Positions 32,409-40,595 are shown, counted from the first letter of the stretch. The stretch is 64,000 bases of DNA from Gaiellales bacterium (GCA_036273515.1 DASUHM010000050.1:47246-111245), one strand, 5' to 3'. Program-made: numbers and translations. The notes: generated by a model not told the origin, from the letters alone.

Positions 32409-34703
32409 CTACGACGCTACGGGATACTCGGCCAGCGGCACGCCGTCGGCATCCCAGGCGTCCTCGAACGACTCGAGCGGCATGTCGGAGGACCGGATCG
32501 AGTCGACCGTTCCGGCCAGCACGGAGTTGAGCGGTGGAACCTCGAACGTCTCGTCGTCGTCGCAGATCACGCGGGCATGAAATCCTCGGGCCTTCTCCGC
32601 CGGAAGGACGCGCCACTGGACGTCGATCTGCCGCTTCTCGAGCTCCTGGACGAACCGCTCGAACGAGCGCTTCAGCTTCGAGTTGAGATTCCCCGGCCCG
32701 GACATGAGACGCACGCTCACGATCCCTTCGGCGGGCAGCTCGTCAGTCAGGATCTCGAGCGCCTTGCGATCCATGTGCTGCTCGTACCAGAGCACGTCGC
32801 CCTGCAGCTTGCGAATAAGACGGCGGATTGCAAGGTCGTTCGAGAACGGGCGGTTGGGATGGAGGTACACATCGACAGGCCCTCGCCGTTGTGCCTCTTC
32901 CTCGCGTTCGACCAGAACCTTCGTCGGCGCCCCGCCGATCGTCTCGAACCCGGCGCGGATCACCTTCGCGAGCAGCTTGCGCCGGGCTTCGAGGAAGTCC
33001 TCGTACGCCATGTCGTGCCAGTTCTCCGGCAGGGCATGGTGGAACATGTCCTCGCTCGTGAACTGATCGGCGTAGTCCGGCCAGTAGTCCTTCGGCGCGG
33101 TCGCCGACACCTCGATGTTGTCCGGCCACTCGACATAGGACAGGTTTGCGATCTGGTTCACGCGTCGTATCCCCGAGACGCCGAGGCCCTCCAGGTACTT
33201 GCGCGGAAAGAGGTGGTGGCGGTCGATCGGGGACTTTTTCGGCTGCACCACCGGATCGAACAGATCGCGCAGCGGCAGCGATGCCTTCTGCTCGCCGTCG
33301 GGGCCCTGCTTGCCGAACGGCGGCACGCGGGCATCGAGCAGACACAGGGACGCCGCATAGGCGAAGAGCTCCGGGCTGCGTGCGGCAGAGGTCGCCAGCT
33401 CGTTCGGGAGCGTGATCGTCCAGTAGTCCGGCGTCAGCGTCGTCTCGACCGCCTGACGCAGGCGGTCGAGATACTCCGCGCCCGTCTCGGCGGTCGAGAA
33501 GGTCTGGACGTCCTGGGTGATCTGGGTCTCGAACGACCCCGTGTAGCGCCCCGTCAGCGCAGACATGAAGAAATAGCGGGAGATCGGCGTCCGCAGATCG
33601 GTGTGAGACAGGCCGTAGCGACGGCCGACCAGATAAAGCGCGTAGACCAGGACGACGTTGTTGACCGACGAGATCTCGGTCGAGCGCCGGAAACCCGCGG
33701 CGATCAACGCCTTCAGGTATTCGTGCCAGCTGGTCAGGTCGAGGGTCTCGTCAATCGCTTCGGTGAGGATGTCGAGCTGGGCCTCCCGATCCGTCTGGGT
33801 CAGGGTCGTATCACCGTCGAGGTTCGCGCCGCGCAGAAGCGCCAGCACGGACTGGAGCCGCCCCCGATGGAAGCCGACCAGGACGCCGACGCGCAGAAGC
33901 TGATCGGGAGCAGGCGTGATCAGATGGTTGTACGGACTCGGCCTGCCGTCGCTCGGGACGAGTCGGGCGGCACGGGCAAACTGCTCGAGCCGCCGGCGGT
34001 CGGATTCACGGAACACCGACAGGAGGGTGAGGATGAAGTCGGCCTGGGTGAGCGGAGTGCCACCGCTGTTCACGCGAAGGAAGATCTCGGCGACGCGCTC
34101 CTCGTCGACCTCATGGCCGATCTGCACCGCGAGGAAGGGGTAGTCCTCCAGGCCGCTGAGGCGGAAGAGCGCGTTCTTGATCGCCTTTTCTCCCCCATTT
34201 TCGAGGGCCTCCGGCCGCGACTCACGCAAGCGGTCGACGAACTCGTCGATCACCTGCCAGTCCTCTCCCGTCCAGAGCCGCGTGATGTCCGCGAGGAACT
34301 CCGGGTCTTTCTCGACGGCGGCGTCCGTGACCTCGAAACGGCCATCTCGCGGGCGGAAGGACAGGTTGATCCGCCCGGTCGTGAAGTCCTTGAACGTGAC
34401 GTCGGCGCCCTTCATGACCGCGTAGAGGCTCGTCAGCCGCTGCTGCCCGTCGACGATGAACTCGGTCGGCGTGTGCTGCTTGCCGTCGACGCCGATGAAC
34501 TTGGCGTCGACCTCGGCGGCGTTCCAGAGCATTAGGTAGCCGACCGGAAAGCCCTGGTACATCGAATCGAGCAGGTCGCGCACCTCGGACTTCTGCCAGA
34601 CAAACGGCCGCTGCAGCTCGGGCAGAGCCAGCTTGCCGAGAACGATGTCGCCGAGCAGCTGGCTCAGCTCGAACGAGACGGGTTTGAAGAGTGTCCTTGC
34701 CAT
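32409..34703 (-). CDS. DUF262 (ParB/Srx-like NTPase) + DUF1524-like His-Me-finger nuclease (GmrSD/SspE-like) with an extra C-terminal PLD/Nuc-like domain
   Basis: ATG 34703 (MARTLFKPVSFELSQL...). Motifs: LPELQRPFVWQ; VDGQQRLTSLY; IDRHHLFPRKYL...NQIANLSYVEWPDN. The C-terminal ~190 aa contains VSVRLMSGP...GFHARVICDDD...PPLNS. Confidence 0.8.
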   Translation of the reverse strand: MARTLFKPVSFELSQLLGDIVLGKLALPELQRPFVWQKSEVRDLLDSMYQGFPVGYLMLWNAAEVDAKFIGVDGKQHTPTEFIVDGQQRLTSLYAVMKGADVTFKDFTTGRINLSFRPRDGRFEVTDAAVEKDPEFLADITRLWTGEDWQVIDEFVDRLRESRPEALENGGEKAIKNALFRLSGLEDYPFLAVQIGHEVDEERVAEIFLRVNSGGTPLTQADFILTLLSVFRESDRRRLEQFARAARLVPSDGRPSPYNHLITPAPDQLLRVGVLVGFHRGRLQSVLALLRGANLDGDTTLTQTDREAQLDILTEAIDETLDLTSWHEYLKALIAAGFRRSTEISSVNNVVLVYALYLVGRRYGLSHTDLRTPISRYFFMSALTGRYTGSFETQITQDVQTFSTAETGAEYLDRLRQAVETTLTPDYWTITLPNELATSAARSPELFAYAASLCLLDARVPPFGKQGPDGEQKASLPLRDLFDPVVQPKKSPIDRHHLFPRKYLEGLGVSGIRRVNQIANLSYVEWPDNIEVSATAPKDYWPDYADQFTSEDMFHHALPENWHDMAYEDFLEARRKLLAKVIRAGFETIGGAPTKVLVEREEEAQRRGPVDVYLHPNRPFSNDLAIRRLIRKLQGDVLWYEQHMDRKALEILTDELPAEGIVSVRLMSGPGNLNSKLKRSFERFVQELEKRQIDVQWRVLPAEKARGFHARVICDDDETFEVPPLNSVLAGTVDSIRSSDMPLESFEDAWDADGVPLAEYPVAS

Positions 34704-34754
34704 GAGGCGGGAGGCTAGCTCGCGCCCCCAAATCGTCGCCGCGACGTCATCAAG

Positions 34755-34776
34755 CGGACGGTCAGACCCCGTTCCG
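34755..34776. repeat. hairpin carrying the GGTCAGACCCC core (member of the palindrome family)
   Basis: CGGACGGTCAGACCCCGTTCCG, located 52 nt upstream of the islet gene start. Confidence 0.5.
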
Positions 34777-34811
34777 GCAGGCCCGCGCGCAGCTCCGCCC
34801 GCGGCGACACA

Positions 34812-34836
34812 CTCCGCTATCAGCATGTGACATTTG
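34812..34836 (+). repeat. direct-repeat core B: CTCCGCTATCAGCATGTGACATTTG
   Basis: Partner of 32350-32374. Confidence 0.8.
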
Positions 34837-34909
34837 TCGGCGAGGCCGCCCGCCGAACGGCCGCCAGCCCCCACCGGCAACCGCCTACCACCGCTATGCT
34901 CCCGCGCCG

Positions 34910-35116
34910 ATGGCTGAGCCGACTCTCCGCGATATCGACGCCCTGTGGGGGCCGGCGACGCCGCAGTTCGCCTACCAGATCGCCGTCCGCATCGAGAGCC
35001 TGATCGCCGACCTGCCGGCGGGGCATCCGGTGCGGCGCCACGGAGAGCTGCGGCTGGCGGAGCTGGACGAGCTCGGGCACGGCACGACCAAGGGCCCGGC
35101 GCCGACCGTCCACTAG
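34910..35116 (+). CDS. small hypothetical protein
   Basis: 68 aa (MAEPTLRDIDALWGPATPQFAYQIAVRIESLIADLPAGHP...) with normal composition. No family recognised. Confidence 0.45.
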   Translation: MAEPTLRDIDALWGPATPQFAYQIAVRIESLIADLPAGHPVRRHGELRLAELDELGHGTTKGPAPTVH

Positions 35117-35123
35117 GTCGCGC

Positions 35124-35154
35124 TTGACCCTGACGCGGCGTCAGGGTCTATCGT
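35124..35154 (+). promoter_or_regulatory. MerR-type promoter: TTGACC, 19-nt spacer, TATCGT, with an embedded 11-1-11 dyad
   Basis: The spacer contains GACCCTGACGC-G-GCGTCAGGGTC (35126-35148). The -10 element ends 6 nt before ATG 35161, so the mRNA is probably leaderless. Confidence 0.65.
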
Positions 35155-35160
35155 CGGGCC

Positions 35161-35904
35161 ATGGATCCAACCGGCCCGGTGGACACGTGGCGGATCGGCG
35201 AGCTCGCCGGGATGGCGCGCGTCTCGGTCCGCACCCTGCGCCACTACGAGGCGCTCGGCCTGCTCACGCCGACGGCGCGCACCGAGTCCGGCTACCGGCT
35301 CTACGGCCTCGCCCAGGTCGACCGGCTCTACCGGATCCTCGCGCTGCGCTCGCTCGACCTGTCGCTCGAGGAGATCGGGCGGCTGCTGCGCGACGATGTC
35401 GGCCTGGCCGACGTGCTCGCCCGCCAGCTGCAGGCGATCGAGCGGCGCATGGCCGCGGACGCCGAGCTGCAGGCCCGGCTCCACCGGCTGCTCGAGGCGA
35501 GCTCGAAGCTCGGCGAGCCGACCGTTACGGAGCTCACAGACACGATGGAGGCGATGGCGATGTCCGACCGCTACTACACGCAGGAACAGCAGGAGGCGCT
35601 CGCGCAGCGCCGCGACGCGCTCGGCCCGGAGGGCATGCGCGCCGCCGAGCGGGCCTGGGCCGACCTGATCGCCGAGGCCGAGGCGGAGCGAGCCGCGGGC
35701 ACCGATCCGGCCGCCCCGCGGATGCAGAAGATCGCGCGGCGCTGGCGCGCCCTCATCGAGGGGTTCACCGGCGGCGACCCCGCCGTTCGCGAGTCGCTCG
35801 GGCGCATGTACCGCGAGGAGGGCGTCGAACGGGCGTCGCGCGGCGCCGTCTCGAGTGACCTGATGGCCTACGTCGGCCGGGCGCTCAGCGCCCGCGAGGG
35901 ATGA
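35161..35904 (+). CDS. MerR-family regulator with a TipAS-like C-terminal domain
   Basis: HTH IGELAGMARVSVRTLRHYEALGLL, a coiled-coil linker, and a C-terminal YYTQEQQEAL...WADLIAEAEAE pattern as in TipAL/Mta. Confidence 0.85.
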   Translation: MDPTGPVDTWRIGELAGMARVSVRTLRHYEALGLLTPTARTESGYRLYGLAQVDRLYRILALRSLDLSLEEIGRLLRDDVGLADVLARQLQAIERRMAADAELQARLHRLLEASSKLGEPTVTELTDTMEAMAMSDRYYTQEQQEALAQRRDALGPEGMRAAERAWADLIAEAEAERAAGTDPAAPRMQKIARRWRALIEGFTGGDPAVRESLGRMYREEGVERASRGAVSSDLMAYVGRALSAREG

Positions 35905-36316
35905 GCGCGCCGAGCACGGCCCCGAACAGGGCGTGCCCGAGCACCTCCTGCGCGAACGCGTTCGGGTTTCGGGCGAGCGGCGGCCACACGCCGGAGCGGA
36001 CGTCCGGGTGGATCTGGTCGAGCACCCCGACGGCCGGCCACAGGAGCGTGTTCTCGACCTCGGCGGCCAGGATGCCCTGACCCGCCCCGCCCAGGCCGAG
36101 CCACGCGAACGCCACGCCGAACGCGGCGCCGTTGGCGAGATGGCCGGCGAGCCCGACCTCGGGCCACGCCCCGTCCGGCGCGGCCACGCCGCCGATCAGG
36201 CGCACCTGCGAGTGGTAGCCGCCGGTCAGCGCGCGCAGCTTGGGCTCGACGGCGGCCCAGGCGCCGGCGGCGAAGGCACCGGCGACGGCGGCTCGCAGCG
36301 TGCGGCCGAGGCTCAT
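35885..36316 (-). CDS. membrane protein, hypothetical (last gene of the 4-gene operon)
   Basis: 143 aa, Gly/Ala-rich TM segments. ATGA overlap with the PRODH stop. 20-nt convergent overlap with the MerR gene. Confidence 0.5.
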   Translation of the reverse strand: MSLGRTLRAAVAGAFAAGAWAAVEPKLRALTGGYHSQVRLIGGVAAPDGAWPEVGLAGHLANGAAFGVAFAWLGLGGAGQGILAAEVENTLLWPAVGVLDQIHPDVRSGVWPPLARNPNAFAQEVLGHALFGAVLGALIPRGR

Positions 36317-37230
36317 CGCATTCCCGGGACGATCGTGCGCACGACGTCGCGGGCCACGTAGCCGGCGATGCTCGGGTTCTCCTGCAGCCGGCGCACGGAA
36401 TAGGCGTACCAGGCCCGGCCGAACGGCACGTACACGCGCAGGTGGTGGCCGTCGGCGATCAGCCGGCGGCGGGCGTCCTCCGCGACGCCAAGCAGCATCT
36501 GGAACTCGTAGCGGTCGCGGCCGAGACCGCGCCGGTCGATCAGCGCCAGCGCGCCGTCGAGCAGGGCGCGGTCGTGGGTGGCGATGGCGACGTAGCTGCC
36601 CTGGTCGACGAGCTGCTCGAGCAGCCGCAGGTAGCTCGCGTTGATCTCGGGCATCGTCTGGAAGGCGACGTCCTCGGGCTCGAGGTAGATGCCCTTCACG
36701 AGCCTGACGCTGGGCACCAGATCGCGCAGCGCGGCCACGTCGGCCTCGGCCCGGCGCATGTAGGACTGGATCACCACGCCCACGTCCTCGTGCCCGGCCG
36801 CGCGCAGGTCGCGGTAGAGGGCCAGCGTCTCCTCGGTGAGGGCGCTGTGCTCCATGTCGATGCGGACGAAGATGCGGTGCCGCTCGGCCGAGCGCAGCAC
36901 CCGGGCGAGGGTGCGGTCGACGAGCTCCCGGTCGATCTCGATCCCGAGCGCCGAGAGCTTCACCGACACGTTGGCGTCGAGCTGCCCGGCGGCGATCGCG
37001 TCGAGCGCCCGCTCGTATTCGGTCGCGGTCTCCTCGGCCTCCTCGGGCCGGGAGATGAACTCGCCGAGCACGTCGACGGTGGCCATCGCGCCGAGCCGGT
37101 TCAGCTCGCGCACGGTCGCCACGGCATCGTCGAGCGTCTCGCCGGCGATGTAGCGGTCGGCGATCCGGCGCACGACGACCCGCGGCACCGCGGGCAGCGA
37201 TGCGGCGATCAGCCGGTCGAACGCCTTCAC
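36313..37230 (-). CDS. proline dehydrogenase (monofunctional PRODH)
   Basis: 305 aa. Motifs: ATVDVLGE, NVSVKLSALG, FVRIDMEHS, VVIQSYMRR, RLVKGIY, and YAYSVRRLQENP at the C-terminus. Confidence 0.88.
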   Translation of the reverse strand: MKAFDRLIAASLPAVPRVVVRRIADRYIAGETLDDAVATVRELNRLGAMATVDVLGEFISRPEEAEETATEYERALDAIAAGQLDANVSVKLSALGIEIDRELVDRTLARVLRSAERHRIFVRIDMEHSALTEETLALYRDLRAAGHEDVGVVIQSYMRRAEADVAALRDLVPSVRLVKGIYLEPEDVAFQTMPEINASYLRLLEQLVDQGSYVAIATHDRALLDGALALIDRRGLGRDRYEFQMLLGVAEDARRRLIADGHHLRVYVPFGRAWYAYSVRRLQENPSIAGYVARDVVRTIVPGMR

Positions 37231-37892
37231 GCCTCGAGCTCCACCCGGTAATTGTCCAGCACGTCGGCGACGAGCGCGTCGACAGCCCCCGAGGCCGCGG
37301 TCATCGCCCGGGCGAAGTTGCCCGGCTCGCCGGCCCGGCCGGCCGCGGCCAGCGCCGTCCAGGCCGCCTGGGCGGCCGGCGATGCCTGCTCGGCGCCCTG
37401 GCCGAGCCGGTCCGCCTGGACGACGAACGCCTCGATCGCCGCCGCCAGCTCGCCGGCCAGCGCGGCCAGGAGGTCGAGATACACGGGCGTCGCCGCCCGC
37501 GGGCCGGCGGCGGCCGCGCCGAGGCGGGCGCCGGCTTCGGCGACCGCCTCGGCGGCTGCGGCCGCCTCCACCTCTCCGGCCCCACGCAGCGACCCCCCCG
37601 CCCCCCGGAACTGCTCCACCAGGTCGTCGGCGCCCGTCGCTCCCGACACCTCCTCGGCCCGCTCGACCAGCGCCGCCAGCGAGACGGCGTCCTTGACCAG
37701 GCGGCGGTCGGCCACGGCCGCGCCCGCGTCGTCGACCGCCACGAAGCCGAGATCGTCGCCGGCCGCGAGCGCGACCACAAAGACGCGCGTGCCCGCCGGC
37801 TCCGCCGCCATCACCGCCACGGGCTGCTCGCCCGGACGGGCATGACGGCCCGCCGCCGTCACCGCCGTCTCGAGCTCCTCCTCGAGCGTCAT
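37227..37892 (-). CDS. Ala-rich hypothetical protein
   Basis: ATG 37892 (MTLEEELETAVTAAGRH...), 221 aa, with ATGA overlaps on both sides. No family recognised. Confidence 0.5.
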   Translation of the reverse strand: MTLEEELETAVTAAGRHARPGEQPVAVMAAEPAGTRVFVVALAAGDDLGFVAVDDAGAAVADRRLVKDAVSLAALVERAEEVSGATGADDLVEQFRGAGGSLRGAGEVEAAAAAEAVAEAGARLGAAAAGPRAATPVYLDLLAALAGELAAAIEAFVVQADRLGQGAEQASPAAQAAWTALAAAGRAGEPGNFARAMTAASGAVDALVADVLDNYRVELEA

Positions 37893-38869
37893 GCAGCGGG
37901 CGTGTGGGCCGGGGCGACCGCCATCCGCATCTCGAACGCGATGAGCACGGCGGCCGCGAGCAGCGTCAGCACGAGCGGCGGCTCGAGCAGCGTCGCGGCG
38001 ACCAGGGCGGAGGCGATGCCGGCGAAGATGATCACGGTCTCGCACATCGTGACCGACTCGACGTCTGCGGGGCGGCAGCGGAGGTGCGCGACCAGGCCGA
38101 TCGCGTAGCCGAACACGAGCGGCAGCAGCCGCGGCTGCGCCGCCGAGCCCACCAGCGCGGCGGCCATCGCGACCAGGCACCAGGCGATCGCGTAGCGGCG
38201 GCCGTTCACGAGGCCGAGGCGGACGATCGACGTCACCTTGGGCGGATTCGCGGCCGCGTCGGCGTCGTGGTCGAGGTAGTGGTGCACCATGAGCATGGAT
38301 ACCGCGTATCCCGCCACCGCAACCGCGGCGGCCACCGTCGTGCCGTCGATCGCCGGGCCCTGCAGCAGGTGGGCGCCGAGGACGCAGTCGGCGAGGCAGA
38401 CGAACGCGATCGCCTCGCCGGCGAACGGCCGGTAGGCGGCCCGCACCGGCGGGAGCGTGTAGAGGATCGCCCCGGCCACCCCGACAAGGCCGAACGGGAG
38501 CATGATGAGGCCGCGGGCGGCGACGAGCGCGAGCCCGATCACCGTGGTCGCCGCGAACGCCGCTGCGAACACGCACCAGAGCGCGCGCGGCTGCAGCAGC
38601 CCGGCCACGATCACCTTGCTGCCGCCGGAGATGACCCGCGGCGACGCGTGCTTGTCGGTGCCCGAGCGCCAGTCCTCCACCTCGTTCACCGAGTGGGCCA
38701 GAAGGCCCTGGATCAGCACGCCGAGCGCGACGGCGCCGAGGTAGTACCAGACCTGCAGATCGTGCCCGCGGGCGGCGAGGGCGGTTCCGAGCGTGAGGGC
38801 CGAGAAGCTCCACAGGAGCACGGGGATGATCCGCACCTCGAGCCACAGGCCACGCAGGGTCTCGGACAT
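37889..38869 (-). CDS. UbiA-superfamily prenyltransferase
   Basis: ATG 38869 (MSETLRGLWLEVRIIPVLLW...). About 8-9 TM. Asp-rich motifs NEVEDWRSGTD and YLDHDAD. Confidence 0.75.
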   Translation of the reverse strand: MSETLRGLWLEVRIIPVLLWSFSALTLGTALAARGHDLQVWYYLGAVALGVLIQGLLAHSVNEVEDWRSGTDKHASPRVISGGSKVIVAGLLQPRALWCVFAAAFAATTVIGLALVAARGLIMLPFGLVGVAGAILYTLPPVRAAYRPFAGEAIAFVCLADCVLGAHLLQGPAIDGTTVAAAVAVAGYAVSMLMVHHYLDHDADAAANPPKVTSIVRLGLVNGRRYAIAWCLVAMAAALVGSAAQPRLLPLVFGYAIGLVAHLRCRPADVESVTMCETVIIFAGIASALVAATLLEPPLVLTLLAAAVLIAFEMRMAVAPAHTPAA

Positions 38870-38921
38870 ACGCGGCTGACGATACCAGCGTCTTCTTGGT
38901 CCGTCCGAGGGCGCTCCTACC

Positions 38922-39131
38922 ATGGCGCGCATGACTCCGGCGAATGTCCTCGACGAGGGCACCGACGCGGCTTCGCAGGTGGAGGCGTGGCGGCTTCACG
39001 TGCTGCTCCAGGCGGGTTATCCGCTGCGGGTGGCGGAGCGCCTCGCCAAGAGCACGGCCGACCTGCACAGGGCGGTCGACATCCTCGAGCACGGCTGCAC
39101 ACCACATACCGCGGCACGCATACTCACGTAG
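38922..39131 (+). CDS. small hypothetical protein
   Basis: 69 aa (MARMTPANVLDEGTDAASQVEAWRLHVLLQAGYPLRVAERLAK...) with plausible composition. Confidence 0.4.
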   Translation: MARMTPANVLDEGTDAASQVEAWRLHVLLQAGYPLRVAERLAKSTADLHRAVDILEHGCTPHTAARILT

Positions 39132-39153
39132 GTCCGAGCCGTAGACTTCCGGC

Positions 39154-40380
39154 GTGAGCGCGAAGCCGGAGCCGACGACCTATGGCGACCGCACCGTCTA
39201 CTCGGTGGCCGGGTTCAACCAGGGCGTCGCCGACTGGCTGGCCCGGCTCGGCAACGTCTGGGTCGAGGGAGAGCTGTCGGAGCTCAAGCGCACCGACCGC
39301 TGGGGCCTCGTCTACTTCTGCCTGAAGGACGGCACGTCGATCCTGCGCGGCTCGATGCAGAAGGAGAAGTTCGACCGCATCCAGCCGCCGCCGCGCGCCG
39401 GCGACCGCGTCCATGTCTTCGGCCGCGGGGAGCTATGGCAGCGCAAGGGCGAGTTCCGGTTCAAGGCGTACGCGATCGAGCAGTTCGGCCTCGGCCAGCT
39501 GCTGCGCCGGATCGAGGAGGTGCGGCTGCGGCTCGCCGACGAGGGCCTGTTCGCGGCCGAGCGCAAGCGGCCGCTGCCGTTCCTCCCCCGCGTCGTCGGC
39601 CTCGTGTGCGGGAGCGACGCGGCCGCGAAGCGCGACGTCGTCGAGACCGCGACGGCGCGCCACCCGAGCGTGCGGTTCCGGATCGTCGAGGCGGCCGTGC
39701 AGGGCGCCGGCGCCGCCGGCGAGCTGCGGGCCGCGCTGCGGCGGCTCGACGCCGACCCGGAGGTCGGCGTGATCGTGCTCGCCCGTGGCGGCGGCAGCGT
39801 CGAGGATCTGCTGCCCTTCTCGGACGAGGCCCTGTGCCGGGCCGTCGCAGCCTGCGGGACGCCCGTCGTCGCCGCGATCGGCCACGAGCAGGACACGCCG
39901 CTCGTCGACCTCGTCTGCGACGTCCGCGCCGGCACCCCCAGCCTGGCGGCGAAGCTGATCGTGCCCGACCACGCCGCGGTGGTGGTCGAGCTCGACGCGC
40001 TTCTGGCCAGGGCCGGCCGCGCGCTGGAAGGCCGGGCGACTCATGCTCGCCGCCATCTCGAGCTGCTCGCCACCCGGCCGGCGTTCGCCGATCCGCGCAG
40101 CTGGATCACCACCCGGCGAGCCGCCCTCGACATGTCAGCCGCGTCGCTGCGGCGACTGCCCGAGCTCCGCCTCGAGCGCGAGGCGACCCGCCTGCGCGGC
40201 GCCCACGACCGGCTCCGGCTGCTGGGGCCGGCAGCCACGCTCGAGCGCGGCTACGCCATCGTGCAGGACGACGCCGGCGCCGTCGTGCGCGAGGCCACGA
40301 CGCTCGCCGCCGGCGACCACATCGGCGTCCGCCTCGCCGCAGGCCGGGTCGGAGCGCGGGTCGAGGAGGTCGAACCGTGA
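39154..40380 (+). CDS. xseA: exodeoxyribonuclease VII large subunit
   Basis: 408 aa. OB-fold N-terminus (VWVEGELSELKR), then GVIVLARGGGSVEDLLPF and AIGHEQD. Confidence 0.92.
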   Translation: MSAKPEPTTYGDRTVYSVAGFNQGVADWLARLGNVWVEGELSELKRTDRWGLVYFCLKDGTSILRGSMQKEKFDRIQPPPRAGDRVHVFGRGELWQRKGEFRFKAYAIEQFGLGQLLRRIEEVRLRLADEGLFAAERKRPLPFLPRVVGLVCGSDAAAKRDVVETATARHPSVRFRIVEAAVQGAGAAGELRAALRRLDADPEVGVIVLARGGGSVEDLLPFSDEALCRAVAACGTPVVAAIGHEQDTPLVDLVCDVRAGTPSLAAKLIVPDHAAVVVELDALLARAGRALEGRATHARRHLELLATRPAFADPRSWITTRRAALDMSAASLRRLPELRLEREATRLRGAHDRLRLLGPAATLERGYAIVQDDAGAVVREATTLAAGDHIGVRLAAGRVGARVEEVEP

Positions 40381-40595
40381 GCGCCGGGCCGAGCTTCGAG
40401 CAGGCCCGCGACGAGCTCGAGCAGATCGTGCGCAAGCTCGAGGACGGGAGCACCTCGCTCGACGAGGCGCTCGCGCTGTGGGAGCGCGGCGAGCAGCTGC
40501 ACGCGCTCTGCCGCGCCCGCCTGGACGCCGCCGAGGAGCGGGTGGCGGAGCTGCTCGCACGGCTCGGCCGCGCGCCCGGTGTGGATTCAGGCTGA
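40377..40595 (+). CDS. xseB: exodeoxyribonuclease VII small subunit
   Basis: GTG 40377 (GTGA overlap). [36 protein letters not shown]. Confidence 0.9.
   Translation: MSAGPSFEQARDELEQIVRKLEDGSTSLDEALALWERGEQLHALCRARLDAAEERVAELLARLGRAPGVDSG

Larger units (their letters stand above)
32350..34836. mobile_element. putative inserted islet bounded by imperfect direct repeats (one defence-like gene, no recombinase)
   Basis: Direct repeats lie 2462 bp apart. The enclosed gene uses visibly more A/T-ending codons than its neighbours. No integrase or transposase is present. Confidence 0.4.

Noticed and set aside
34704-34880. N-terminal extension of the islet gene to the track start (823 aa), including the CHMLIAE peptide encoded by the direct repeat.
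   Set aside because: The extension is Gly/Ala/Arg-rich and crosses both the palindromic hairpin and the repeat. The DUF262 domain begins right at MARTLFKPV (ATG 34703). The similar peptide at the other repeat copy is a by-product of the DNA repeat.
32350-34898. The repeats flanking the islet as integron attC sites or a cassette boundary.
   Set aside because: The GTT-containing stretch (GTTGGCG / TTTGTCG) does not fit GTTRRRY. The repeats are direct rather than internally palindromic like attC. No intI is nearby.
32341-34927. Possible terminal inverted repeat: ATGGCGGAGCCGGTCGCC (minus strand at 32341-32358) against ATGGCTGAGCCGACTCTC (plus strand at 34910-34927). Both read MAEP...
   Set aside because: Only about 12/18 positions match, which is not distinguishable from chance at this GC content. 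The second copy is simply the start of an ordinary ORF.
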